The notes under the pieces are model-generated. The model was not told the DNA's origin. It made no database searches and saw only the letters and a program-made list of their open reading frames with translations. From Mobula hypostoma (lineage: Eukaryota), in NCBI RefSeq assembly GCF_963921235.1, contig NC_086101.1:14694001-14758000 (forward strand): a stretch of DNA of 64,000 nt. Direction: 5' to 3'. A program made the translations under genes and the position numbers. Position 1 is the first letter of the stretch. Every line of letters begins with the position of its first letter. This document shows, one piece after another, positions 12,216-26,600 of the stretch.

Positions 12216-14519
12216 GTTCATCATACAGTATTTTCCCTTTAGTATGTGGGTGTGTTTCTGAAAATGTCAAGGCAGAAGGAAAGTAAAAGTGTTGTAACTT
12301 CAACACCTTAACGGCAATTAGAATGCAACTTAAGAATCTCAAAATAGCAGAAAACAAAATCTTGGTGACTCTTGAAATCTTATTTTCTATGGTCACAATT
12401 TGACGAAGTTTGAGTATCAATCTGACTTTGGCCTAACCTCCACGACTGCTTCTTGAGAAGCGAAAACAGCCAAGGAAAAATCATGTTCAGAAGTAAAAAT
12501 ATTCGTTATTTCATAACCATAGATTCGTATAAATTTAACTTTCTTTCGAGCATTGCTGATTAACTGTCTCGACGTGGTGATGTGGCGCTAACGCTGGAAC
12601 CGGGGGATCTGTTTCGATGCTTCCAGTCTGGAGCTTGCCCACGTGGCATCGTTATTTGTCCCCGTGCGTTCCCATGCCCTGATTGTTAATTGGTTAGTAT
12701 AATTTGGGGTTTATTGTACTCGGGTTGAGAGCGATTGGGGATGTTGTAATGGGTGAAGTTGATGGGTATGTAGCAGAGAAGAAAATACAAAGTTGGTCGC
12801 ATGTCAGAACACCTCTACTTCGTTCATAAGAGCGACAATGAGCATTCTGTTGGCTGGAGGGGTGGGGTGGGGATTACTCTGATAGCTAGGTGAGACACTA
12901 TGGCCTGAATGGAATCTGAACTCCCACACCACCACATTCACGAACAGATAGTATCCTTTAACCATCAGGCTTTTAAACTAGCGAGAGTAACTTCACTCAC
13001 CTCAATTCTGAAAGGATTCTACAAGCATGGACTCATTTTCAAGAACTATAACATGTACACGGTATTATTTATTTACTTATTTATTTCTGATTTTGTTTTT
13101 GTATTTGCATAGTTCGGTTTCTTTTCTATATTAGCTGCACATCCGACATTAATTTTCAGCATTCTGGCATCTGCCCCCTTCCTTTACAGTCTTGATAAAC
13201 GGTCTCGACCTGAGATAGCGACAACTTGTTCCCCTCCAAGAATGCTGTCTGAGTCCCTCCAGCATCTTGTGCGCCTTTCTCTGGATTTCCATGTAGAATC
13301 TATGGACCAGAGTGCACTCGCAGTTTCGGGTCGAGACCCTTTAATCAGTCCTGATGAAGTGTAGTCTTTTCCATAGATGCTGCCTTGGCTGCTGAGTTCT
13401 CAGCATTTTGTGTCTGTTGCTTGGATTTGCAGTATCTGCAGATTTTCCCCTGTTTGTGATCTGCAGAAATCCCTGTGTTTCTAAGAGTTGCTTAATAGTA
13501 AGGTCTATACCAAAAGTTTCAAGAGTAGCTTAAGAGTAAGGTCTATACCAAAAGCTCCCGGCAGTATTTTTAAAACATTGTCTGAACATTGCCTGTACAA
13601 AAAGGGAAATAGATACCAAACTTCAGTTGCTAAATGATGATAGTTAAATTGTCCCAAGGGCTCAAACTTCCTTAAGTTTTGCTGATGAAACAAAAAAATG
13701 TAGAAATGAGTTGCGATGATTAAAAAAATCTGAAGCTTTTTTTTCATTATTACCATCAAAGGAAGAACATCTTCTGTCCTAGATCAGGTACGACAAGACG
13801 ACCTCCTGCTACTTCGTTAAATGACATCGAATAGCATTAAGTTCTTTGTGACTTGCTTTTGTCCGCTGTGTAAAATGCAGTACGTGATTCTATTCATCTT
13901 TGATCAGGTACAATTCAGACAGGTGCACGATATTTTAATCAGATTACTTATGTTTTAACATTCAGTATTTATCCGTTAAGTCTAACCCACAACTGCAAAA
14001 TCAAGCACAACCATCTGCAAAATCAGACAAGGAACACCACGCTTCAGGTCAAAGACATTCAGAAAAACTGGGAAAAAAGAGGAAATCTGCTAGCTTTAAG
14101 TTGCAGAGAATGCACGGAAGGATTCGGTAGGATAAAGGGAATATTTTTTCTAAGAGGGTAGCTGCAGCGACAAGTTATTAATGAAACCATTTTCTGGAGA
14201 TGAAACAAGGAAACTGACGTAAAAGTTGCAAAATGCAGCTCAGAGCTGTAGGACATGCCAATGAGATGAGGTAGTGTTGGTGGGGGGAAAAGCTTCAGTA
14301 AATAAAATAAAAACGAAAGCCATTTGTATGAAATTACTGAAAATAACACTAAGTCCCGAAGACGACTATTTCTTTGGTGAAAGATTTTCTTTGGGCATTC
14401 TTTTATATTTCTATTTCAGACTTCCGACATACGGACTTTAGATTGTATTTCTATTTTTTACAATATTTACAATACTTATGTTCATTTGCTTCTCTTTTTC
14501 TATAGGCATCCGCCGAACT

Positions 14520-14562
14520 ATGACGTGGTATGAGTTCGTATGTTTATTGCTGTTGTTCTCTG
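14520..14562 (+). CDS. NCR3-like: Gene A exon: signal peptide MTWYEFVCLLLLFS(G); exon including UTR is 14506-14562
   Basis: Acceptor cttctctttttctatag|G at 14506, ATG at 14520, hydrophobic core, and donor G|gtaag at 14563. It ends in phase 1, matching the phase-1 start of the V exon and giving ...LLFSG-AARANG. Confidence 0.85.
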
Positions 14563-14567
14563 GTAAG

Positions 14568-14985
14568 NNNNNNNNNNNNNNNNNNNNNNNNNNNNNNNNN
14601 NNNNNNNNNNNNNNNNNNNNNNNNNNNNNNNNNNNNNNNNNNNNNNNNNNNNNNNNNNNNNNNNNNNNNNNNNNNNNNNNNNNNNNNNNNNNNNNNNNNN
14701 NNNNNNNNNNNNNNNNNNNNNNNNNNNNNNNNNNNNNNNNNNNNNNNNNNNNNNNNNNNNNNNNNNNNNNNNNNNNNNNNNNNNNNNNNNNNNNNNNNNN
14801 NNNNNNNNNNNNNNNNNNNNNNNNNNNNNNNNNNNNNNNNNNNNNNNNNNNNNNNNNNNNNNNNNNNNNNNNNNNNNNNNNNNNNNNNNNNNNNNNNNNN
14901 NNNNNNNNNNNNNNNNNNNNNNNNNNNNNNNNNNNNNNNNNNNNNNNNNNNNNNNNNNNNNNNNNNNNNNNNNNNNNNNNNNNNN
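14568..14985. other. Assembly gap (N run) starting 5 nt after the leader donor
   Basis: Seen directly. Confidence 0.99.
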
Positions 14986-16739
14986 AGAGAATGAGGAGAA
15001 TGAGAGAGGGGGATAGAAGAATATTGGGAGCATTAAGGTGTTAGTGTTCTCCTCAAGATTATTTTGACAATCACTTAGATTATCACTAATCTAAGGCCTA
15101 ATTGCTCATGCTCACATATTATTCGTTAGTGAAACAATTCAGTCCTTTTTTGAGGGAAGAGCAAGTTCAAAGTAAAATTTATTATCAGAGAACATACAGT
15201 ATATATCACTATATACTAATCTGAGATTCATTGTCTTGCAGGCAGGACAAGGAAAGCAAAGTTTTAGTGCTTTAATGTTCCAAACGGTACAGAGAGGGGG
15301 TAAAAGAGTCGGTGGAGCCGCATTATTAAATGCGCATTACTAAACATCTGCAATTAGAGAGAACATCTTGGAAGGGCATCCAGTGAGGCGACATGGGCAA
15401 AATTTAGGATGGGGTCACGGTGGCACAGCTGTTGTGCAGTTAATTAGGACACCCGAGAATGAAAACGCAATGACATAACAAAAAGAATCAGCCGATTCGT
15501 TCCATCGTGGCAATTAGATCGTATTTGGAAGAAGCGCGTATTTGGCATTTTGCAATGTTAGCGGCTCTCCCCAGCACAGAGGCTTTGCTTCAGTACCACC
15601 TCTGTGCACTGAATCTGTAAGTTCTCTTAATAGCTAAACATGCATCAATGTCTTCTATAAATATGTTCAGTAAGTGAAGCTCCTTGATCTCCTTGGCGAG
15701 AGAATTTCAGAGATTTACCAGCCCAGGGGTGATGATATTTCTTCTCATTTCTCCCCCGAACGAGTAGTAATCTTTTTTAAGACCGTAAAACTTCATTCTT
15801 TCTTTTTCAATATTTTTATTAATTACTTGCATTCTAAACGTCTGAGCAGGGAATATTAATCTGCCATTTAGCTTGTTAAACGACGCATTATCTTTGTGTG
15901 CATCATTTAGATCACCGGTCATTCGTTCAAACAGTAGAGAAAATAACTCCATTCTGTTTAATCTGTCCTCATTCTGCTATGAACCAAGTCATCACTGTGA
16001 TATAACCATTAGACATGGGCGCAGAATTAATTCATTTGGCCTTTTGAATTCTCTCTGCCTTTTCATCATGTCTGATCCATTTTTTTCTCCAACCCATTCT
16101 CCTGCCTTCTCCCAATAACCGTTCACATCCTATCTAATCAAGAACTTATTAACCTCCACCTTCAGTGCACCCAGTGACCCAGCCTTCACGGCCGCCTATG
16201 GCAACGAATTCCACAGGTTCAGCACACTGTGGTTAAAGAAATTCCACCTCATCTCTGTTCTAAATGGACGTCCCTCCATAGTATAATCAGGTCATGACTG
16301 ACCTGAATGTATGGATGGATCGGTGGATTTTCAGCTTTGCATTTCCCTGACAGAAGGTTCAATTACGTAAGCATCAATTATATAAAAGTTCTGGGATAAA
16401 TTTGGTGACTGAACAAAATATTACAGAGAAGGTTATTTATATTGTAAATACACATCTCTCACTTGCAGCGTACAGATTAAAGAAAAATCGCCTTCCATGT
16501 TTGATTCAATGAAAACGTAACGAATCAATTTTCTGATGCTCAGTGACGAGGGAAAGTTTCCAAGGTCCGGCGATGAAAAATGAGATTTGTGATTATTATT
16601 GATAATGGGCGCTGTTGTCAACAGCAACAGGCAATGGCAAATGACATTTGGGGAAGCAAACCATAGCAGAACGCACGCAATATCTGGGAGGCCTCTGCTG
16701 AGTATTAGTGAGCTGAGGGACCTCAGGTTGTAAGTCTGT

Positions 16740-17295
16740 AGAATACTCAAAGTGACAGCAGCAGTGGATAAAGTGGATATTCGAATGTCTGCCTTCATTG
16801 CCGTGTCACTATTACTAATAATTGGCACGTTAGTTTACAACTTCTTAAAACATTAGGTAGACCTCATCTCGGTTATCGTCAGCGGATTTAGCCCCTACAT
16901 TATAGGAAGAATGTTATTGAGCTGACAGGATGCAGTTGCAGCTGATTAAATTAGAAAGTGAAGATTTGTAGATGGCGACAATCTTTATTCCATGACCGGT
17001 GTGTTGAGAAACAATGACATAATTTTACTGTGAGAGATGGGAAATTCGAAAACCTATAGGGATTCCTTTCAGACAGGTGGTGGTTTAAAACTGGGAGGTA
17101 CTGTCTGACGAAGTGGTGGATTGGGATGTACTGTCTGACGAGGTGGTGGAGACAGGTACTGTCGCGATATTTATAAAGGCATCGAATACTTGAATCGCCA
17201 CAGCAGAGAAGTCTATGGACAAGATGTGGGTAAATGAGATCAGCGTAGTTCTGTACAACTCGTGGGTTCGATATGTCGGGCCGAAAGGAAGGTAT
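16740..17295 (+). mobile_element. Very old CR1 3' fossil abutting the gene A V-exon acceptor
   Basis: Degenerate atgtctgccttcatt..., cccctacattataggaag and gtcgggccgaaagg resemble CR1 RT-end and 3'UTR sequence. An orthologous copy lies upstream of the gene B V exon. Confidence 0.6.
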
Positions 17296-17323
17296 GAGAC
17301 TTCGAGATTATTTCCGGTTACAG

Positions 17324-17665
17324 GAGCTGCCAGAGCTAACGGAATAAGCCACCAATGGCCGGAGCGGATCACGGTTACTGAAGGGGGCACGGCGCAGCTG
17401 AATTGTGCTTACATCAGTAATATAAACGTTACAAAGAAGTGGGTCGGATCCCTTACCTGGTACAAAGACGAGGAAAACGGTACCGTTTGCAACAAGTGCA
17501 GTGGGTTTCATGGTCGCGTAACGACTAACAGTTCACAAGGCTTTCTTAACCAAACTTTACAAATCGTCAACGTCAGAATGAACGATACAGGAAAGTATTA
17601 CTGCAAAGTACAAATTTTCGACAAGGGAAGTTATCTTGGCAAAGGGACAGAGGTTCAAGTCACAA
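17324..17665 (+). CDS. NCR3-like: Gene A exon: VJ-type IgSF V domain, NKp30/NCR3-like
   Basis: ttacag|GA ... ACA A|gtaagt, 342 nt, phase 1-1. Has the B-strand Cys (AQLNC), C-strand Trp (GSLTWYKDE), DTGKYYC and a germline-joined G strand (LGKGTEVQV). Motifs parallel human NKp30 as I recall it (IGSVTWFRDE, FRGRL, SSRFL, GNGTRLVV). Five N-glycan sequons. Confidence 0.93.
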
Positions 17666-17889
17666 GTAAGTTCGTATTATTTTGCATTTATATTCGATGT
17701 TTGATGCGCATTTCTCAACTTCTGCAATAAAGTGTACCTCGATACAAATTTAGACACAGAAATTCGGGATGTCGTTGACATATTGATGGTGAAGTACATG
17801 TTGACAAAATAATGAAAAATCAATTAAAATTGCAATTGCCATAATCAAATGAACATTTACAGGAGAGTTAATCCAATCTGTGCCTAACT

Positions 17890-20800
17890 CCATAAGACAT
17901 GGAAGCAAAAAGAGGCTATTTGGCTCATCGAGAACGCTCCGCCATTCAAATGTACAACATGGCCTTTCACTTGCCATTTTCTGCCCGTTCCCCGAATTCA
18001 TCTAAGTCCTTCTGCAGCCTACGTGTTTTCTCAGCATTACTTTCCCCTCCACCAGTCATCCGCAAACTTGGTAACAAAGCCAACTATTCTATCATTTTAG
18101 TCATTAATTTGCAGCATGAAGAGATGCGTTCCGTGCAAAATACCATAGTCACTGGCAGCCAACCGGAAAAGGATTATTTTATTCTCTTTCGCTGCGTCTT
18201 TCCAATCAGCCGATGCACTAACCATGCCAGTAACTTTCCTATAAAACTAAAGGCTCTTAACTTGATAAGCAGCTTCATGTATGGCACCTTGTCAAAGGCC
18301 TTCTGAAAGTCCAAATATACAACATCCACTGCATCCCTTTATCTATCCTAGGTGTAATCTTCTCAAAGAATTTCAACAGGTTCGTCAGGCAAGATTTTAC
18401 CTTAAGAAAACCATGCTGTCATATCTTGTCCTGTGTCACCAAATATTCCATAATGTCATCCTTACAAGACAAAATGTTATGGTGTTATGGGAAAGATACT
18501 GACATGAACAGTGGGATGGCTGACAGGCTGGAGGCAGCGAGTGGCGCCTTCTCTGCTTGGCTGCCGGTGACTAGTGGTTCTCCTCAGAGTGTAGTACTGG
18601 GACCGCTGCTTTTCACATTGTTTGTCTATTTTTTACGTAATGGAATTGTTGGCTTTGTGGCAAAGTTTGCGGATGATAGAAATATAGGTGGCGGGGTTGG
18701 GGGGGGGCGGGGTAGGTAGTGCCGAGGAAGCAAGGCGATTGCAGCTGAACTTACACACTTTGGAAGAATGGGAAAAAAACTCGCAAATAGAATACAGTGT
18801 TGGGAGATATATGATAATCCATTTTGGTAAAAGGAACAATGGTGCGGACTATTATCGAAATGGTGAAAAAGTTCAAACAGCAGAGGTGCAGAGGGACTTA
18901 GGAGTCCTCGTGCAAGACTCCCAAAACATTAATTTACAGGCCGAGTCTGTGGTAAAGATGAGAAATACAAAATTGGTATTTATTTCAAAGGAACAGAACA
19001 TAAGAGCAAGGCGGTAATGTTGGGCCTTTATAAGGCACTAATTCTGGGCACCATATCGCAGAAAGGTTGTTTTGTCATTGAAGAGAGTTCAGAGGAGGTC
19101 GTGAGGATTATTCCTGGAATGAAGGGGTTAACATATGAGGAGCGATTGGCAGCTTTGGGCCTGTACTCACTGCAATTTAGAAGAATACTATGGTATCCTA
19201 TTGAAGCCTTCCGAGTAGAACTTACAACACAATACAGGCCCTTCGGCCCACAAAACTGTGCCCAACATGTCCTTACCCTAGAACTACCAAGGCTTAACCC
19301 ATAGCCCTCAATTTTTCTAAACTCCATGTACTTATCCAGGAGTCTCTTAAAAGACTCTATTGTTTCCGGCTCCACCACCGTCACCAGCAGCCCATTCAAA
19401 GCACCCACCCCTCTCTGCGTAAAAAACTTACCCCTGCCATCTCTGTATCTGCTTCCAAGCACCTTAAAACTGTGCCCTCTCGTACTAGCCCTTTCGGCCC
19501 TAGGAAAAAGCCTCTGATTAACCACACGATCAATGCCTCTCATTATCCTGTACACCTCGATCAGGTCACCTCTCATTCTCCATCGCTCCAAGGAGAAAAG
19601 GCAGAGTTCACTCAACCTGTTTTCATAAGGCATGCTCCCCAAACCAGACAACATCCTTGTAAATCTCTTATGCACCCTTTCTATGGTTTCCACGCCCTTC
19701 CTGAATTGAGCACAGTACTCCAAGTGGGATCTGACCAGGGTCCTATATAGCTGCAACATTACCTCTCGGCTCTTAATCTCAACCCCACAGTTGATGAAAG
19801 CCAATGCACCATATGCCTTCTTAACTACAGAGTCAACCTGCGTAGCAGTTTTGAGTGTCTTATAGACTCAGACCCCAAGACCCTTCTGATCCTCCACACT
19901 GCCAAGAGTCTTACTATTAATGCTGTATTCTGCCCTGATATTTGACCCACCAAAATGAACCGCCTCACACGTATCTGGGTTGAACTCCATCTGTCACTTC
20001 TCAACCTAGTTTTGCATCCTATGAATGTCCCACTGTAACCTCCGACAGCCCTCCACACTATCCACAACACCCTCAACTTTGTGGCATCAGCAAATTTACT
20101 AACCCATCCCTCCACTTCCTTATCCAGGTCGTTTATAAAAATCACAAAGAGTAGGGGCCCCAGAACAAATCCTTGAGGCACACCACTGCTCGCCGACCTC
20201 CATGCAGAATATGACCCATCTACAACCAATCTTTGCCTTTTGTAGGCAAGCCAGTTCTGGATCCACAAAGCAATGTCCCCTTCGATCCCATGCCTCCATA
20301 TACACTACATCTACAGCTCTAGCTTTATCAACAGCCTCATAATTGAAGGGCGACCCTTTAGAACAGAGATAAGGAGGAATTTCTTTCAGCCAGAGAGTAG
20401 TAAAGCTGTGGAATGCTCTGCCACAGACAGTGGTTGAGGCCAAGTCTGTGCATTTATCCAAGGCGAAAGTTGATCGTTTCCTGGATGGTCAGGGAATAAA
20501 AGGAAGGCAGGTATATGTGGTGAATGGGATCCGGGATCAGCTATGAAAGAATAGTGGATGAGACCCAATCGGCTGAATGACCTAATTCTGATCCTATGTC
20601 TTCGGGTCTTCTAGTCTAATGGTCTTAACAATTGACTCTAACGTCTTCCTAACCGCTGAGGTCAGTTTAACTGGTCTGGACCATAAGAAGTTCATAAAGC
20701 TCTGCCTTAAATGCACCTAACGATTTGGCCTCCACAGCTGCCTCTGGTAATAAGTTGCACAAATATACCACGCTATGGCTAACGAAATTTCTCCGCATCT

Positions 20801-23800
20801 GTTTTCAATGGACGCCCCTCTATCCTGAGGCTGCGCTCTCTTGTCCTAGACTCTCTCACCATGTGAAATATTCTTTACACATCTACTCTGTCTAAGCATA
20901 TCAACAATCGAATGGTTTAAATGCCCTCATTCATCCAAATTCCAGGGAGTACGGACCCAGATCTATCAAACGTTCCTCTTATAACCCTTCCATTCCCGGA
21001 AACATCATTGTGGACCATCTCTGAACCCAGTCCAATGCGAACACACCTTTACTTATAGGAAGACCAGAAATGTTCACAGCACTCAAGGTGAGGCCTCATA
21101 AATGCCTTATAAAGTCCCAGCATTACATCCCTGCTCTTGTATTCTAGACCTCTTGAAATGAATGCTAACATTGCATTTGCCTTCCTCACCACCGACCCTA
21201 ACAGCGAGTTAATATTCAGGGTGTTGTGCACAAGGACTCTCAAGTCTTTTTGCATCGTATATATTTCAATTTTTCCCCCATTTAGAAAATAGTCTGCACA
21301 TTTGTTATTTTCTTCCGAAGTGCAACACAATGCAATTTCCAACATTGTATTTCATTTCACATTTTCTTGCCCATTCTCCTAATCTGTCTAAGACCCGCTG
21401 CAGCCTACCTGTTTCCTCAACACTACCTGTCCCTGTACCAATATTCGAATCGTCTGCAAACCTGGCAACAAAGCCACCAATTTCATCATTTAACTCATTG
21501 ACATACAGTACAGCATAAAATAGAACGGTCCCAGAACTGACGTCTGCGGAACACCACTAGTTACAGGCAGCCCATCAGAAAGGATCCTTTTATCCTCACT
21601 CGCTGCCTCCTACCAATCGGCCAACTCTCTAACCATGCCAGTAACGTTCCTGTAATACCAGGGGCTCTTAACTTTGCAAACAGCCACATGTGTGGTACCT
21701 TGGCAAATGCCTCCTGAGCCCAAAAGTACAATATCCATGGCATCCCCTTTATTTATCCTAATTGTAATCTGCTCAAAGACTTCAAACAGGTTCGTCAGGC
21801 ACGAATTTCCTTTAAGGAAACCATGCTGACTTTGTCCTATGTTGTGCAGTATCACCAGGTACTCCACAACCTCATCCTTAACAATTGACTTTAACACTTT
21901 CCCAACCACTGAGGTCAGCTTAACTGATTTATAAATTCCTTTCTGCCGACCTCCTCTTTTCCTAAAAACTGGAGTGACATTTGCAACTTTCCAGTTGTCC
22001 GGAATCATGCCAGAGTCCAATGATTCTTGAAAAATCATACTAATGCCTCCACAATCTCTACCGCTACCTTTTTCGGAAGACCTGGGTGCAGTTCATCAGG
22101 TCCGGGTGACTTAAGTACCCTTGGATCTTTCAGCTTTTTGAGCACCTTCTCCCTTTTCATAGTAACTGCACTCACCACTCTTTATTCGAATCCTTCAACA
22201 TCTGGCACACTGCTAGTGTCTTCCACAATAAATACTGATGCAAAATACACATTTATTTCACATGCCATCTCCTTGTCCCCCATTATTATTTCTGCGGGCT
22301 CATTTTCTAGCGGTAAAAATCCATTCTCATCTCTCTTTTATTTTATACATTCTTCAAAGAGCATTCACTATCCACTTTGATATTGTTTGCTACCTTGCTT
22401 TCATATTTCATCTTTTCCCTCCTAATCTTTCTTGTAGTTGTTTTCCGTAGGTTTTTAAAAGAGTTACAATCCTCTGCTTTACCATTAATTTTTGCTTTGT
22501 TGTGTGCCCTCTCGTATGCTTTTACGATAGCTTTGACTGCGTTTGTCAGCCATAGTTGTACTATTTTGCCTTTTGAGTATTTTTTTCCGAGTACATCTAT
22601 CCTGCACCTTCCTCATTTTCCCAGAAGCTCACACAATTGTTGTTCTGCTGAAGTTCCTATCAGCAGCTCCTTACAATTTATTTTGCTCAGCTCCTCTCTC
22701 ATACCACCGTAAATTCCTTTACTCCACTTAAATACTGCAACCTCAAACTTCGCTTTCTCCTTATCAAAGTTCAAGTTCAACTCAATCATATTGTGATCAC
22801 TACCTCCAAAGGGTTATTTTACCTTCAGCTCCCTAAGTCAATTCCGCATTATTGCATACCACCCAATCCAATATATCTTATCCGTTAGCAGGCTCAGTGA
22901 CAAACTGCTCTAAAAAGCCATCTCGTAGGCATCCAACGAACTCACTCTCTTGAAGTCCATTAACAACCTGATTTTCCCAATTGACCTGCTTGTTGAAATC
23001 TCCCATGACTATCATAACATTTCCTTTTTGATACACCTTTTCTATAGCCGGTTGTAATCTGTGGTCCACATCCCAGCTACAGTGGGAGGCTGGTATATAT
23101 ATCTACTACCAGAGACCTTTTACCCTGGGTCTCTCCAACCTAAAAGGATTCAATATCTTCGATCCTATATCACATCTTTCTATTTCTTTACCACCAGAGC
23201 CACGCCACCACTTCTACCTACCGTCCTATCCCTCCAATAGGACGTCTAACCTTGGGCAACCGGTTTCCAACTATAACCATCCTTCAGCCACAATTCAGTG
23301 ATGACCACAACATCATACCTGCCAATCTGTAATATTGCAACAAGATCATCTACCTCATTTCCTATACTCCGTGCATTGAGATATAACACTTTGAGTACTG
23401 AAGTTGCTACCATTTTTTAACTCTGCATCCCTAAAACAATGATAATCACCCTGCTATCTACAATTTTGTCCTATCATCTGCTGCCTTCTTGACAGTCTGA
23501 CTGTGAACTATTTTTGCTTTTTTACCATCCGTACTATACTGAGTCCCTTAACTCCGGTTCCTACCCCCTGCCAAATTAGTTTATACCCTCACCAACAGCT
23601 CTAATAAACCTTGCCGCGATAATATTGGTCCCTTTCTGGTTCAGGCGCAACCCGTCACTTTTTAACAGGTCATACCACCCCCCCCCCCCCACCCAAAAGA
23701 GATCCCAATGCCCTGCCCCCTGCGCCAGCTTCTCAGCCACGGATTAGTCTGCCAAATCGTTCTGTTTCTACCCAGCGTGGCACAGGCAACAATCCAGAAA

Positions 23801-24620
23801 CTACTACCTCTAATTCTTTCAGAATTTTGAGCACACTCGCCTTTGCAATAGTAACTGCACTCGCTTCTCTTCCTTCACCCTCTTCAACATCTGACACGCT
23901 GCTAGTGTCTTCCACAGTGAGGACTGGTGTATTTAGTTCATCTGCTTTCTCCATGTCCCCCGCTATTATTTTTCCTAGCTCATTTTCTAGGGCTACAACC
24001 CACCCTCACCTCTGTTTTACTTTTTACATTCCTGAAAGAGCTTTGACCACCCACTTTGATATTGTTTGGAATCTCACTTTCATATTTCATCGTTTCCCTC
24101 CTAATGATTCTTTTACTTGTGTTCTCAGTAGGTTTTTAAAAGCTTCCTAATCCTCGATCTTCCCAGTCATTTTTGTTTTGTTCTGTGCCCTCTCCTTTGC
24201 TTTTCCATTAGCTTTGTCAGCCACGGTTGTACTATTTAGCTATTTGAGTACGTTTTTGGGAATATATCTATCCTGCACTTTCCTTTTTTCCCCAGAAACT
24301 GAAGCCATTGCTGCTCTGCTGTCATCGCTGCAAGCATCGCCTTACAATTTACTTCTGCCAAATCGTTTCTCATACCACTGTAATATCCTTCACTCCGCTG
24401 AAATACTGCTACGTCGGACTTTACTTTCTCCCGATCAAATTTGAAATTGAACTCAATCATATTGTGATCACTGCCTCCTAAGGATTCTTTTACCTTAACC
24501 TCCTTAATCACCTCAGGCTCATTACATAATACCAATCCAGTACAGGTGATTCCCCTAATCGCCTCAACGACAAACCGCACTAAAAAGCCATATCGTAGGA
24601 ACTTTCAAATAAGAGAAAAT
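17890..24620. mobile_element. Stack of CR1 fragments in both orientations filling the gene A V-TM intron
   Basis: RT and APE motifs in many ORF-track fragments, for example 19028-19804 and 21610-22038. Confidence 0.85.
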
Positions 24621-25769
24621 CTGCAGATGCTGGAATTCCGAGGAAAACACACAAAATGCTGGATAAACTCAGCAGGGAAGGCAGCATCTGGGACAATAAA
24701 ACAGTCGACCTTTCGGGCCGAAATAAAAAGCTGAGGAGTGGATTTAAAAGTTGGGGAGAGGAGACAGAAACGGAAGGTGATGGGTGAAACCTGAAGGGGG
24801 AAGGATGAAGTAAAGAGCTGGGAAGCAAATTAGTGAAAGAGACAGAAGGCCATGGAAGAAAGAAAAAGGGGAAGGAGGGAGCACCAGAGGGGCCGATGGG
24901 CGGACAAGGAGATAAGGTGGGAGAGGGAAAAGGAAATAGGAAATTGTGAAGCAGAGGGGGGGGGTGAGCATATTCAACAAACTCACGCACTTGAGATTTA
25001 TACCAACTTGATTTTCCCAATCGACCTGCCTGATGACATCTTCCACGATTATCATAAAATTGCCCTTTTGACCCGTCTTTTCCATTTCCCGTTGCAATCT
25101 GTGGTCCACTTCCAGCAGGGAATCCTGTATATAACTGTCATCCGGGTCCTTTTACCCTTGCAGTTTCTTTCCACAATCCACAAGGATTTAATATCTTCCC
25201 ATCCTATGTCATATCTTTCGACTGATTTGATGCCATGCCCGAACGCCCCGCGAAGGTCTTGTTTTTAAACAATCTGTCCCCAGGAAACTGGTGGAACCGG
25301 TCACATACAACCAGAAACAAATCAAAGAATAAGACGGGTGAAAGATGCTGGAATTAGTCAGACAACAAGCAGATAGAGTTTTGATACAGCATTAGAACAA
25401 CTACGGTACAGAAAGAGGCATCCTAGACGGTGGGTAAAAGAAACCTGAACAACCAAATCCCCAATCAGTTACCAGATCGGCAAACCCTCAGTTCACAGCG
25501 CTTAACATGCACACCTCGACCAGTTTTAAATTTCGCAAGGTGTGCTGCCTCCAGTACTTACTCAGGCAATGAGGTCCGGGCCCCTACTACGTTATTTGTG
25601 AAATTCGTTTTTCCTCAGATATTAAAGGTACGCTCTATCTGAACTATCTACACCCTTGATAATGATCAATATTCCTCCCAACACTGAACTTTTAAAACTT
25701 TTTTTTAACATTCTTACATTCATAACATGTAAACATTTGAAAAACTTCTGTGTAGGTGTGTAGTGGGGA

Positions 25770-26600
25770 GTATATTGGCTGGCTGTATCACAGTCTGATA
25801 TGAAAACACCAATGCCCTTCAAAGCCCTTCAAAATCCTACAATAATTTTTGCATACGGCCCAGTCCATCACAGATAAAGCCCTCCCCACTATTAAGCACA
25901 TCTACACGAAGCTTTGTCGCAGAAAACCAGCATCCACCATCAAGGACCCCCGCTAGCTAGGTTATGCTCTCTTCTCCCTGCTGCCATCGGGAATGAGGGA
26001 CGTGAGCCTCAGGACTCACAACACCATGTTTTGCAACCCCTCATCCTTCCGGTTCTTGAACCAAAGTGGATATCTTCATTCAGCTTTACTTGCCCCATCA
26101 TTGAAAACTTCTCACAACCTATGTACTCACTTCTGGGGACTCTTTATCTTATGTTCTCGATATTTATTGCTAGTTTATTATTATTTTAATTGTTGTTATT
26201 ATTATTATTATTATTTCTTCCTTTCTTTTTGCATTTGCACAATTTGTTGTCTTTTTCACACTGGTTGAAAGCCAATTTGGTGGGGTCTATTGTTAATTCT
26301 ATTATAGTTGTTATTCATCATCTATTTATTAAATATGCCCACAATAAAGTGAATCACATGATTATATACGGCTACACTTTAAATTACTCTACAACACGTT
26401 CTCTATATTATTGATTTACTTATTTATTATTATTAGTCTTTTTTGTACTTGTACAGTTTGTCTTCTGTTGCACTTCGGTTGTTTGACAGTCTTTATGTGT
26501 TGCTATTCATTTATTATATTGTATGACTTTGTTCTACTGCAAATGCCAGCAAGAAAATGAAACTCTGCGTAAAATATGGTGACATGTACATACTTTGATA
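25770..26600 (+). mobile_element. Rex1/Babar-like 3' fragment with AT-rich tail
   Basis: ggctgtatcacagtctg..cagtccatcaca..gccctccccact resembles the 3' end of the element at 4985-5900. Confidence 0.55.

Noticed and set aside
14478-15044. Long ORFs across the gap
   Set aside because: Artefacts of the N run. Only the leader exon is real.
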